Shown: positions 13,000 to 24,851, counted from the stretch's first letter. The stretch: 58,377 nt of DNA from Octopus bimaculoides (GCF_001194135.2 NC_068981.1:104374535-104432911), one strand, 5' to 3'. Numbers and translations are program-made. Notes: generated from the letters alone by a model not told the origin.

Positions 13000-13340
13000 G
13001 TAAAGACTCCCACCCTTCAGTCATGAATGACCATGGGATTGCACTTAGAAAGTTACCTACCGAGGCACAAGCCCAGGCATGGTTGTTTATGGAAGACCAG
13101 CAGTTGCCCATGCATACCAGCCTCCCCTCTCTATGCTACTGTTGTTATCCAAGGGAAAGGCAAGGCCAATACAGCTTGGCAGTGATGTTGCAACTCATTT
13201 CTACAGATGAATGAACTGGAGCAATGTGGAATAAAGTGTTTTGCTCAAGAACACAACACAGCCTGGTCCAGGAATCGAACTCACTACCTCGTGATTGTGA
13301 GCCTGACACTCTAACCACTAAGCTATGCACCTTCACTCAC
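13000..13340 (-). mobile_element. tRNA-derived SINE family E; partial head also at ~13500-13680
   Basis: Minus strand cttagtggttagagtg...gttcgattcctggacc...gtgttcttgagcaaaacacttt. Matches 56320-56640. Confidence 0.85.
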
Positions 13341-13685
13341 ACATGTATAAAGATACACACACACACACACACATGTAACAATGATGATGGTAGTCTCTCA
13401 TAGTCTGAGAAAGATGGTTCTGCGATTTGTTGCTGAACCTGCACAAATGATTTGTTTATAGTGATCAAATGTTTGTGTTGTACATTAACTTACTCCCACC
13501 ATCAAATCAACGTGTTGCCTGAACAGGTGCACATTTTACCACATGTTAGATGTCAAAGTGATTACAGAGCAATGTGAGATGAAGTGTTTTGCTCAAGAAC
13601 CAACATACTACTTTGTCCAGGAATGAATTGAAACCATGATCTTCTGATTGTGCAACACCCTAAACACTAGGTTATGTGCACTCAA

Positions 13686-14115
13686 CATGGCTGTGTGGTA
13701 AGAAGCTTGCTTCCCAACCACATGGTTCCAAGTTCAATCCCACTGCATGGCAGCTTCAACAAGTGTCTTCTATTATAGCCTTGGGCCAGCCAAAGTCTTG
13801 TGAGTAGATTTGGTAGACTGAAACTGAAAGAAGTCCATCATATGTGTGTGTGTGTGTAAGTTTGTTTGTGTGTGTGTGTGTGTGCGTGTCTTTCTGTCTG
13901 TGTTTGTCCCCCCACCACCACCACCGCTTGTCAACCAGTGTTGGTGTGTTTACGTCCCCGTAACTTAGCAGTTTAGCAAAACAAAAGAGACTGATAGAAT
14001 AAGTACCGGGCTTAAAAAATAAGTACAGTTGATTATTCATTTGACTAAAAATTCAAAGCAGTGCCCCAGCATGGCCACAGTCTAATGACTGAAATTAGTA
14101 AATGACCAAAGATAA
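13686..14115 (+). mobile_element. tRNA-derived SINE family A (CORE-like, octopus OR-type), full length
   Basis: Head catggctgtgtggtaagaagcttgcttcccaaccacatgg, CORE-like segment, central (TG)n, tail ccccagcatggccacagtc...aaagataaaag. Confidence 0.85.
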
Positions 14116-14229
14116 AAGATACACACACACACACACACACACATATTCATATGCACGTATATTATTATCCTAGTGTGAAAGATAAGGAGTGAGAATGTGT
14201 GTGGTGCTCTAAAAATGTAATAACCAGAA

Positions 14230-14745
14230 CAACAAAGTAAAAATGTTCCTAAAATTATTAACTGTTGGCAACAAAGGGATTCTCTCTTTTTAAGCAAAAG
14301 GTATCTTGCATGCTGTGAAACCTGAGCATTGCATGCAAAGGTTGTGCAAAGACTGGAGAGAAATGAAGCAAACATGCTCCACTGGTTGTGTAATGTTAAT
14401 GTGCATGAACAGTGTGGTACAGATGAGCTAAGAGTTAAGATGAGGATGAGTGGAATTAGATGTAGTGTGCAAGACTGATGACTGCATTGCTATGGCTGTG
14501 TAACTGTGTAATGCATATGGATGATAACTGATGGGTAAGTGGTGCCAGGAGATCCAGGTGGAAGAAAGTGAGGAAGAGGAATCCTATGGAAGACACAAGG
14601 AAAAAGTAGTGAAAACATCTCTGAGGATGCTGAACTTCACAAAAGAGATGACAAATAAATGTGAGAGATGCTGAGGTGCTATGTTAGAAAAAATGTATCT
14701 GACCCTAGTAAGCTTGGAAGCATACAAAAAACTGATGGTGATGTG
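14230..14745 (+). mobile_element. Decayed RTE LINE 3' fragment
   Basis: LERNEANMLHWLCNVNVHEQCGTDELR...VMHMDDN with stops. Confidence 0.8.
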
Positions 14746-14771
14746 CACATACACATATATCATACTCAAGG

Positions 14772-14831
<60 letters not shown>

Positions 14832-14839
14832 GCTTACAT

Positions 14840-15450
14840 CAGTGTCACATGTTGTCACTTGTCTATCCTTTGTTATTCACTTTCTGAGGTTCAGTTTCTT
14901 GAAATTAGTCTTCATCATTTCATCCCATATCTTCTACAGGCTCCATCCATATCAAGTGCCCAGTACAACTGACATTCTCTACAAAGCATTACTATCTCAC
15001 TACACCTTGCACATTACACCTTATTTTCTTATAACTTGTACATTACTCTCTTATATTCAGCTTTTCTCTCAACTCATTTATGTTCTGTTGTTCATAGATT
15101 CAAACTTTATGCTTGTTACACTGAAGACAGTGTAACTGAAAATACAAACAGAAGGGAGACTGATGCCCAAATTATGCATGTTGAACATGCTGAGTTCATT
15201 TCTTTCTAACCATTGCAAATCTTCCACATGTCTCACTACCTTGATGTATCACACTTTCTATACAAACATCATACAATCTGCTTTTCACTCTGGTACTTCT
15301 TACTCTAGTCATTATGTTTTTGGAACACAAACTTTCACTACTTAATTAGGTGCCAGAGGTAATGGAAGCTTTCAACCAATTGTAGTCAAACAACATATCT
15401 CTTGCTTGCCTAATAAGCACTCTACTACTTTCACCAAGCAGGTTATAAAT
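14840..15450 (-). mobile_element. Decayed RTE LINE 3' fragment, tail-to-tail with 14230-14745
   Basis: LVESFHYL, VKSRLYDVCIESV..GSET and LERNELSM on the minus strand. Confidence 0.7.
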
Positions 15451-15777
15451 TTGACCATATATATTAGGTAGCTGAGAAGTAACCAAAAGTGCAGGAGTCT
15501 TTACTGAAATTTACTCCCAAAAGTAGATCAGTCCACCTAGCTATGAATAGGTTTCCACAAAGTAGGAACAATTGCATACACATGCCAGGCTATAAAAAAT
15601 TATACTTCTATGAACATGTAGTCTTCATTGCCATTCTCATCGCCAATCATTGTCATCACCAAAATTGTTGTCATTATCATCATTGTCTTTATTTACCTGA
15701 ATACAAGCTAAACATTTTTCCTCCCAAAAGAAGTCAGAGTTGTGTTTTGTTTCGTCTTTTTTTCCTTCTTCAATATT

Positions 15778-15995
15778 AACATTGGTTTCAAATGTTGACA
15801 CAAGGCCAGCAATTTTGGGGGAGTAGGTCAGTCAGTTCCATCGATCTCAGTACTCAGTTGGTACTTATTTTATCGACTGCAAAAGGATGAAAAGCAAAAT
15901 CAACCTCGCAGCATTTGAACTCAGAATGTAAAGACAGGTGAAACGCTACTAAGCATTTTGCCCAGCATGCTAATGATTCTGCCAGCTTGACACCA
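15778..15995 (-). mobile_element. Meta-domain SINE (family B), 12-bp TSD
   Basis: TSD ttcttcaatatt at 15766-15777 and 15996-16007. Confidence 0.9.
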
Positions 15996-16087
15996 TTCTT
16001 CAATATTGATTACCTATTGAGAAACAAGGCCTTGGATTTATAAACAGGTACCCAACATGTTATGTTCATCAATTTTATAAGTATGTT

Positions 16088-16478
16088 GGCACAGGTATGG
16101 CAGTGTGGTTAAGAAACTTACTTTGCAACCATGTGGTATTCTGTTCAATCTCACTGCATGGCACCTTGGGCAAAATGTCTTCTACTATAGCCCCATGCCG
16201 ACCAATGCTTTGTGAGTGAATTTGGTCGATGGAAACTTTGTGGAAACCCAGCATGTGTGTGCCTTTGTGTTTGTGTCAGTGCATTCCTCCAACGACTGTT
16301 GGACAACTGGTGCTGGTTTGTGTATGTCCCTATGACTTACTGGCCTGGCAAAAAAAAAAAAAAAAACTGATAGAAACAAGTGCCAAACTTAAAAAATGAG
16401 TTCTGAGATAGACTTCTTCTACTGAAATTCTCCGAGGTGATGCTCCAGCATCAAGCGAATGATTAAAAGATAAAGCAA
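16088..16478 (+). mobile_element. SINE family A, full length
   Basis: Same head, ggcaccttgggcaa core and tail as 13686-14115. Confidence 0.85.
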
Positions 16479-16487
16479 GTTAAATAC

Positions 16488-16550
16488 CTGGAATTGCAAC
16501 AAGATTCGTATTTTGTTCAGCAAAATACTCAACCTGCACACCAACGGAAG
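16488..16550 (-). CDS. Possible isolated coding exon of an unidentified gene (63 nt, phase 1-1)
   Basis: Minus strand ttcttcttcatttaaaacAG | open frame (A)SVGVQVEYFAEQNTNLVAIP(G) | GTATTT. No partner exon found. Confidence 0.3.
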
Positions 16551-17058
16551 CTGTTTTAAATGAAGAAGAAATGTGGATGCATGTATGTGTGTACGCGTAC
16601 CCATGTATTTGTGTGTGTATGTGTGCGTGCGTCCGTCCTATATGTTTGCAAGTGTGTGCAGGCATGCGTACCTGTGTGTGTGTGTGTGTGTGTGTGCGCC
16701 TGTGTGTGTGCACTTGCGTGTGTGCGCGTGCATGCCTCCTTGCGTGCCTATGTATTTATATCAAAGTATACGTGAATGGGTTAGCGTGTATAATGTAGCT
16801 ATATAGGGTGTAAGGGAGATAACTCTTCCTGACTTATTTCTCGCATTGGAACGAAAACTGAAGTTTGTAAGAAAATCACGTTTTCTATATTGTACCGTTC
16901 GTTTCGTTTTCCAATGTCTTTAACGGAGTGATACATAGAAAATGATTCCAGCTGAGATTCAAAACTGAATTAGCAGAATCAATTTACACTTAAAAAATTA
17001 TGGTTAATATCTGGTTTAACACCCAGCCACCAAAACAAAAAAAAGTGTCATGTGTTGC

Positions 17059-18550
17059 AAATAAATCTGAAAACCAAAATTTGCGCAAACGATTTTTTCC
17101 CTCGTAACTTTCAGGAAAATGGATATCTTTTAATGAACTTTTGTATAAATACCTTTCACGATAAATACCTATTACTTTTTTCCGGGGGTGGGAGAGGAGT
17201 TTCGAAAAACCAGAGTTTCGTTTTTGTTATTCCCCCACCTCCTCCGGGCCGATTTTGGCGAATTTTTTGCACTTAAAAACCATGGGAAGAGCCTTTTCAG
17301 TAGAAAAAGAAGAATTGTAAATATTTTCAGAGGAAAAAGTGTGATCTAAGGGAGATTTGGCTGTCATTTCTAGCACATCCCAAGACAACTCTTCTTGTTT
17401 CTTTCTCACTCTTGCATGTATTGATGTTTTTCAATATTTTTCTCCCCATAAACACTATAAAAAAAAAGAAATTTGAAAATTTATGATTTTTTTTTCAACT
17501 CCACTCCCAGCCCCTGATTGTTTCTGTTTATAATTTAAAATATTGGAGAGCCTGAGGTGATTTCTGGCATTTGTCCACAGTGATTTTTTAAAAAATAGGT
17601 ATGCAAAAGATAAGTCATTTTAATAGCATACTTTTCTGTTAGAAAATGTTTTTTGTCTTACATACCCATGGCCTTGCTTAATTAAGGTGGGGTAAAAATT
17701 TAAATTACCATTTTTTTCTTGATGCTTATATCCCACCAATGGAGCACACATGTGGTCCATTGGTATCATCATTAAGTGGGGAGGAGAGTAAAAAAATCAT
17801 AAATTTTCCAAACTGTTTTTTCATAAAAAGATGCTCCCCATCTGTGGTGAAAAACAATTGGAAAAATCCTCATCAGAACGGAAAAATTTCAGCTTATGTG
17901 GTTTTCTTGATCTGAAACTCCGTTACCCCCCAAAACTCCTCTCCCCGCCCCCAGAAAAAATTTTTATCCACAAAGTTCTTTATAATTGTAATCTATGCCA
18001 TTGTTGCTGTTGGCACTCCGTCGCTTACGACGTCGAGGGTTCCAGTTGATCCGATCAACGGAACAGCCTGCTCGTAAAATTAACGTGCAAGTGGATGAGC
18101 CCTCCACAGACATATGTACCCTTAACACAGTTATCGGGGATATTCAACGTGACATAGTGTGACAAGGCTGACCCTTTGAATTACAGGTGCAACAGAAACA
18201 GGAAGTAAGAGTGAGAGAAAGTTGTTGTGAAAGAGTACAGCAGGGTTCGCCACCATCCTCTGCCGGAGCCTTGTGGAGCTTTTAGGTGTTTTCGCTCAAT
18301 AAACACTCACAACGCCCGGTCTAGGAATCGAAACCGCGATCCTATGACCGCGAGTCTGCTGCCCTAACCACTGGGCCATTACGCCTCCACTAATCTATGC
18401 CATTAGAAAGGTATTTATATAAAATTTCATTAAAAGATACCCTTTTTCCTGAAAGTTGAGGGAAAGAATCAGATCATGTGAATTTTCAGAAAGTCCTCTC
18501 TCCATCCTCCAGTTAGTTTGTGCAAATTTTTGTTTTCAGATTCATTTACT
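17059..18550. repeat. Large degenerate foldback (inverted-repeat) element split by a SINE
   Basis: 17059-17160 matches the reverse complement of 18404-18550; 17170-17200 matches 17925-17960; 17455-17500 matches 17775-17825. Confidence 0.75.
18003..18390 (-). mobile_element. Young ~390-bp tRNA-derived SINE (family D), 14-bp TSD
   Basis: A box tggcccagtgg, B box ggtttcgattcc, (CAA)n tail. TSD taatctatgccatt at 17989-18002 and 18391-18404. Confidence 0.93.
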
Positions 18551-18666
18551 ACACATTTTTTTATACCTGTTACACTTTTTATTTTGTTTTGGTGGCCAAT
18601 TGTTAAACTAGATATTAACCAAAATTATATAATTCTCGAAGAAATAATTTCCTTATCTGCCATGTT

Positions 18667-19045
18667 TATTTCTTATCTTTCTTTTACTTGTTTCAGTCAT
18701 TGGACTGTGGCCATACTGGAGCACCACTCTTTTTCTTTTCTTATTATCTTTAAAGTCTGGTACTAATTCTGTCGGTGTCTTTTGTAGAACTGTTGGGTTA
18801 TGGGAACATAAACAAGCCAGCTCCGGTTGTTGAGTGACGGTGGGACACACATCACACATGCATGAACGCATGCACGCACACACACACATACACATATGGC
18901 AGGCTTCTTTCTGTTTCCAAATATCAAATCCATTCACAAGGCCTTGGTTGGTCCTGGGTTATAGTAGAAGACACTTGCTCACAGTGGAACTGATCCTGAA
19001 ACTATATCACTGGGAAACAAACTTCTTCCCACACAGCCACACTGT
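18667..19045 (-). mobile_element. SINE family A
   Basis: Reverse complement of family A head, body and tail. Confidence 0.85.
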
Positions 19046-19091
19046 AGTAGTAGTAGTAGTAATAATAATAATAATAATAATAATAATATTT

Positions 19092-19538
19092 TAAAAAAGA
19101 TTGACGTAACTCTTCACGAAGGTAAATAATCAAGACGAAGAGCGCAATTCGATTGAATAGGTGTTTTATTTGTTGAACAATATTTCGACAGTACGTCTGT
19201 CTTTGCCAAGTTCAAAACAAGAGGTGATTAAAAATTAAAAATTTCAGAAAACTAAACGTAAACTATGAATGAGAGTAACCAGCGTCCATACGTTGATGGA
19301 ATGACATCATCAGTTTTTAAGTTTTATAACAGGCAGAAAGAAAGAAAAAAATAGAGAAAGGAAGACGACAGAAAAAAAGGAAAGAAAAAGAGAGAAAGAA
19401 GAATATTCAATCAAATAGTTTTGTATAAATTTGATGATATTCTCCTGTCATCTTATTCATTCCTCCAGGGTGTGATGTTAATAACCCGCAAACATATTTC
19501 TCCTCATACATTCTGAGAAGTGAAAGTGGGGTAGATTC
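19092..19538 (-). mobile_element. Penelope-like element 3' end (GIY-YIG C-terminus plus pLTR-like tail)
   Basis: LLRMYEEKYVCGLLTSHPGGMNK resembles the GIY-YIG end L..E...I..L.T..P.GLN. It is followed by a T-rich UTR, a hammerhead-like fold and AATAAA. Confidence 0.6.
19173..19215 (-). ncRNA. Variant minimal type I hammerhead-ribozyme-like motif
   Basis: Minus strand TTGAAC-TTGGCAAA-GACAG-acgta-CTGTC-GAAA-TATT-GTTCAA: perfect 6-bp stem I, 5-bp stem II, palindromic AATATT in place of stem III. Confidence 0.5.
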
Positions 19539-19944
19539 NNNNNNNNNNNNNNNNNNNNNNNNNNNNNNNNNNNNNNNNNNNNNNNNNNNNNNNNNNNNNN
19601 NNNNNNNNNNNNNNNNNNNNNNNNNNNNNNNNNNNNNNNNNNNNNNNNNNNNNNNNNNNNNNNNNNNNNNNNNNNNNNNNNNNNNNNNNNNNNNNNNNNN
19701 NNNNNNNNNNNNNNNNNNNNNNNNNNNNNNNNNNNNNNNNNNNNNNNNNNNNNNNNNNNNNNNNNNNNNNNNNNNNNNNNNNNNNNNNNNNNNNNNNNNN
19801 NNNNNNNNNNNNNNNNNNNNNNNNNNNNNNNNNNNNNNNNNNNNNNNNNNNNNNNNNNNNNNNNNNNNNNNNNNNNNNNNNNNNNNNNNNNNNNNNNNNN
19901 NNNNNNNNNNNNNNNNNNNNNNNNNNNNNNNNNNNNNNNNNNNN

Positions 19945-20420
19945 CAGCAGATATTGCCCATCTCCGTTCAATCATCTCAACAATCTCACCAGCCCTACCT
20001 TTCAGAGTGCCGACGTTGAGAGTGCCAACCCTGAGGGTGTGGGAGGTATGGCCCCGTGAGACCCTGGGGCGGGAAGCAGCAGCCTCATGTACCTGAAAAG
20101 AAAGCTCGCATTTTGCAGAATTCATAAACAATCAGTAGTATTCATCTCAACCTGCATCTACTACACTATCGTATTTTGCACCAAATGATCGCTTCCTTAC
20201 ATAGGAGATAAACCCTAAGTGGGGGTGGGGGGAATGGCGTGGAGTCTTTAGAAGTGTTCATGGGAGATAGTTAAGAACTTCTGGTACTGGTGTAGAGGAT
20301 AGGGACTTCCGGTACTGGGGGTGGGAGAGCGGGTGCACCAAGACCATTGCTGCAGAGGTATTTCGGTCGCACGCGCTATAGTTTTATAGGCCTGGCAGAC
20401 GAAGCGAGGGGTCAATGCAA
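19945..20420 (-). mobile_element. RTE-clade LINE 5' region with start of APE endonuclease; runs into a gap
   Basis: LRVGTLNVGTLKGRAGEIVEMIERR is the typical RTE endonuclease start. CpG-rich leader suggests a young copy. Confidence 0.85.
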
Positions 20421-20421
20421 A

Positions 20422-20490
20422 GAGGGAGGAGAAGATAGATTGAGAGGGAGGAGAAGATAGATTGAGAGGGAGGAGAAGATAGATTGAGAG
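20422..20490. repeat. 22-bp tandem repeat gagagggaggagaagatagatt, 3 copies
   Basis: Read directly from the sequence. Confidence 0.9.
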
Positions 20491-20785
20491 TGAGGGGGGT
20501 CGAGAGAGACAGAGAAAAGCAGCTAAGTCTAAGACAGAATTATAGAGATAGGTGACTATGTGAGGAAATTAAAACTGTACAAAATCCTTTCCATTATTTC
20601 TCAAATCATTCAAACCACAAAAAGCTTGAGAATTTGGAAGTGTTGTCAAATAATCTTGAAATATTGAAAATAATGTTTGCATAATTCACAGAAAATATAT
20701 TACAAGATCATGACAAGTATACTCGAGCTGTGACTCTTCACTGGAGAGCAATTCCCAGTTGGTACAAGAGGAATGTTTCACCTCA

Positions 20786-20816
<31 letters not shown>

Positions 20817-20916
20817 CATGTAATATGCATGTGTGTATATATGTGTTATGGTAAACAATAATTTCTAAAGGAAATGACATTCAAAATTATAGATTTGACT
20901 TTTCTTTCACCCATCT

Positions 20917-21013
<97 letters not shown>

Positions 21014-21019
21014 TATCTC

Positions 21020-21055
<36 letters not shown>

Positions 21056-21482
21056 ATTACAGGGGTAGCCATGTATTTCCTATATAACAAGACACCTGTG
21101 CTTGTCCTCCTGTCTTACTTTAGTCTTTCAACATCCAGCACAAAGCCACCTTCTCTCAAATACTCCCCATCTAGTAGTGGAAATTTTTTCCTTTCCTTCT
21201 CCACATTCTTCTGCCTCACAAGTTACTTGGTAACCTCACTAGTGCCAGTGGCACCAAAAATTACAAAAAAAAAAAAGAGCTAACCAATACACTGTGTAAT
21301 GTGGTTGGTATTAGAGAGGACATTCAGCCATAGAAACCATGCCATAACTGCTAATGGAGCCCAATACAGCCTTGCAGTTCACCAGAGTCTCTCAAACCAT
21401 CCAACCCATGCCAGCATGGAACACAGACATTAATTGATGATGAGGTGGATAATGATTATTGTTATCATCTTATGTATGTTTT

Positions 21483-21869
21483 GTGGAGGCACAATGGCCC
21501 AGTGGTTAGGGCAGCGGACTCGCGGTCATAGGATCGCGGTTTCGATTCCCAGACCGGGAGTTGTGAGTGTTTATTGAGCGAAAACACCTAAAGCTCCACA
21601 AGGCTCTGGCAGGGGATGGTGGCGAACCCTGCTGTACTCTTTAACCACAACTTTCTCTCACTCTTACTTCCTGTTTCTGTTGTGCCTGTAATTCAAAGGG
21701 TCAGCCTTGTCACACTGTGTCACGCTGAATATCCCCGAGAACTGTGTTAAGGGTACACGTGTCTGTGGAGTGCTCAGCCACTTGCACGTTAATTTCACGA
21801 GCAGGCTGTTCTGTTGATCGGATCAACTGGAACCCTTGACGTCGTAAGCGACGGAGTGCCAACAACAAC
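21483..21869 (+). mobile_element. Young tRNA-derived SINE (family D)
   Basis: Near-identical to 18003-18390. TSD atgtatg(t/c)ttt at 21472-21482 and 21870-21880. Confidence 0.93.
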
Positions 21870-22429
21870 ATGTATGCTTTACAAGGCTGGGCGAGTTTCC
21901 TGAGGTAGAGTTTTGTGGCCAGATGTTCAATACATTGGTCAGGAAAGTGGAATTAGAACTTCTTACGACTCTTCAGCTAAGAACCCAACTAACAATTTAT
22001 TCTGTCCACCAATTTATGAATATGTAATGAAAATAAGTATTTCATGAAGTAATTAAAAGCATTATAGATAAAGACAATAAAATATCTTCAGCCAGAAAAA
22101 AAAAAAGAGAGNNNNNNNNNNNNNNNNNNNNNNNNNNAACAAACAAATTCAAAAATCCATGAAAAAGTGAAATAATGAGTGAAATCTTTTAAATTTGAAA
22201 GAAAAAGAAATTTATTTGTTTTTGTTTTGCTTTTGTAAAATTCGTTGCTATAAAATATAATGGAAATAGGAAAAAAGTTATCTGATTAATTTTTTTTGTT
22301 TTGTTTTTTGTTTTTAATATTAATCTTCTGTTGTGTTAGATAGAAATCAATACTTAAATGTTTAACAATCAATATTAATCTTTTGTCAGTAACAATGCAT
22401 GACAGACTTGGTATTTAGTTGTGTACTTT

Positions 22430-22536
22430 TACTACTACTACTACTACTACTACTATTATTATTATTATTATTATTATTATCATCATTATCATTTTTATTA
22501 TTATCATCATCATCATTTTTATTATCATCATCATCA

Positions 22537-22580
<44 letters not shown>
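22430..22580. repeat. Compound (CTA)/(TTA)/(TCA) microsatellite; many other microsatellites, e.g. (TA) 1-35, (CAT) 1870-1985, (CA) 14775-14830, (CT) 20920-21055, (TG) 27678-27743, (CT) 30135-30225, (TACA) 42705-42745, (ACTG) 47170-47205, (TA)(GA) 57157-57260
   Basis: Read directly. These repeats explain most short ORFs in the supplied track. Confidence 0.95.
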
Positions 22581-22954
22581 TACTAAATGGTTATGTTTAG
22601 TTCGAATCCACTGAGTCAGCGTAGTCTTTAATTGCTGTCAACTTGATAAAAGAATAGCTACTGTTAACACAGTAATGGGGTCAATTAGATTAACTGTATC
22701 TCTTCCTTATAAAACTGTGTTCTTGAAGCAACATATGTAATTAGTCTTAATCTCCCATGAGTAGCTGTGGAGTAGCAGTTTTCACATTCATTGTTACAAT
22801 GTCAGTAATATCACGACCAGTAATGTCTCTCTTTCTATACCATCAGATCGACAAATGAACCCCCGGGGAATTTTTTGACAGCCAATATGTGCTACTCGTG
22901 GAATTTCTGGGGTGTCCTGTTGCCTTCATGTCAGTGTTGTTTACAAGAAAGACA

Positions 22955-23415
22955 CAGGCATGGCTGTGTGGTAACAAGTTTACTTCCCAACCACACACAT
23001 AGCATACTGGTTTCAGACCCACTGTTTGGCACCTTCGGCAAGTGTCTTCTACTATAGCCCCAGACCGATCAAAGCTTTGTGAGTGGATTTGGTAGACAGA
23101 AAGAGAAAGAAGCCCATCATGTTTATATATCATCATCATCATTCTCATCCTCATCATCCTTCAATGTCTGTTTTCCATGCTGGCATGGTTTGATTAGAGC
23201 TGGCAAGCCAGCGGTGCTGTGTATAACCATCGCTTGACAACCAGTGTTGGTTTGTTTGCATTATCATTATCTAGTAGTTCACTAAAAATGACTGATAGAA
23301 TAAGTACTAGACTTAAAAAGTGAGTACTGGGGTTGATTTTTTTTACTAAACCCTTCAGGGTGGTCAATGCTCTAGCATGGAAGCAGTCCAAGGATTGAAA
23401 TAAATTAAAGATAAA
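22955..23415 (+). mobile_element. SINE family A interrupted by an RTE-3'UTR fragment (about 23140-23215)
   Basis: Family A head, inserted (CAT)n-tailed fragment, then family A 3' half. Confidence 0.75.
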
Positions 23416-23685
23416 AGAAGATATCATCTCATTGGCTAGATACTGACAAATTCACTTAACCTGTCAGGCCACATAGCCAAAACAAATACCACAAAGCATT
23501 TCGTATGATATTCTAACTATTCCACTCTGGGCTAGTACTTTATTTTAATGACCTCAGAACAAGGAAAAGCAAAACTGACCTTAATGGCATTTGTACTCAG
23601 AACATAAAGTTCCAGAACAAGGAAGCAGCATTTTGTTTTGTGCTTGGATTCAATTCAATCAACTATACTAGCTGATAAAGAGAGC

Positions 23686-24150
23686 CTCTGTGAACCAGCA
23701 GAGCAGTCTCTGGTCTATGAGCCAGCAGAGCAGTCTCTATATCAGTGGTTCTCAACCAGGGTTCATATGACTCTTGGGGAGTCCATATAAGACTCCTGGG
23801 GGTCCATGCAAACAAAATAGTAAATTGGGGATCCACAGTAGTATTTTAAGGGTCCATGAAAAAATTTTGCTTTACATGTATGTATTGCAAGAAACGGCTA
23901 GGTTTCTTTCTCTAACGTTTTGTAAAAACAAAATAGGAATTTTGAAAGAAGCATCTATAAAACTAGTTTTTAAACATTGAATGGCTATGGGGGTCCACAA
24001 GAATAGAATACTAATCAAAGGGTCCATAGATAGATAAAAAAAAAATGGTTGAGAACCACTGCTCTATATAATCTATGAACCAACAGAGCAGTCTCTATAT
24101 GGTTTAGGAGCCAGCAGGACAGTCTCTATATGGTCTGGAAACCAACAGAA
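23686..24150. repeat. ~30-bp minisatellite (gagccagcagagcagtctctatatggtcta) split by the hAT MITE
   Basis: Two units before and three after the MITE. Confidence 0.75.
23743..24061. mobile_element. hAT-type MITE (319 bp)
   Basis: TIR cagtggttctcaacc / ggttgagaaccactg with an 8-bp TSD ctctatat on both sides. Confidence 0.92.
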
Positions 24151-24414
24151 GGTTCTTTTTTGGAACATGAATCTCTCTCTCTTCTTGTTCCCCATATAAA
24201 TATGATTGTGATTCTTTTGAACCTTGCAATGATCATTTCTTGCTTCTTAAGCAGCTTCATTTTTGTAATCCCTAACATGCTTAGTGATTATTGCTTGCTG
24301 TTTGGTTGGGAATAACTTTCAATAATAATAATAATAATAATAATTATTATTATTATTATTATTATTATAATGTTAAAGATAATAATAATAATTATAATAA
24401 TCCTTTCTATTATA

Positions 24415-24851
24415 GACACAAGGCCTGAAATTTTGGGGGAGAAAGCTAATCAATTACATCAACCTTAGTACTCAACTGGATGAAAGGTAAAATCAACCTC
24501 GGCAGAATTTGGACTCAGAATGTGAAGACAGACAAAATACTACCTAGCATTTCACCCAGCATGCTAATGATTCTGCCAGCTTGCTGCCTTAATAATAATG
24601 ATAATAATGATGATAATAATAATAATAATAGCAACAACAATTTCAAATTTTGACCCAGGGCTAGCAGTTTTTGAGGTGAGGGTTAAATCGATTATATTGA
24701 TTCCAGTACTAAACTGGTATTTATTTTATCGACCTTGAAGAGATAAAAGGCAATCAGCCTCAACAGAATTTGAACTTACAACATAAGACAAACAAAATGC
24801 ATGGCAACATTTTGTCCAACATACTTACAATTCTACCAGCTCAACACCTTA

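Noticed and set aside
19407-20131. ORFs spanning the N gap, suggesting one element
   Set aside because: This is an artefact of Ns. The two sides belong to different classes (RTE 5' end and Penelope-like 3' end).
20095-20420. Possible HDV-like ribozyme or small intron in the RTE 5' leader
   Set aside because: I could not build the double pseudoknot, and the donor/acceptor pair does not keep frame with the endonuclease ORF.
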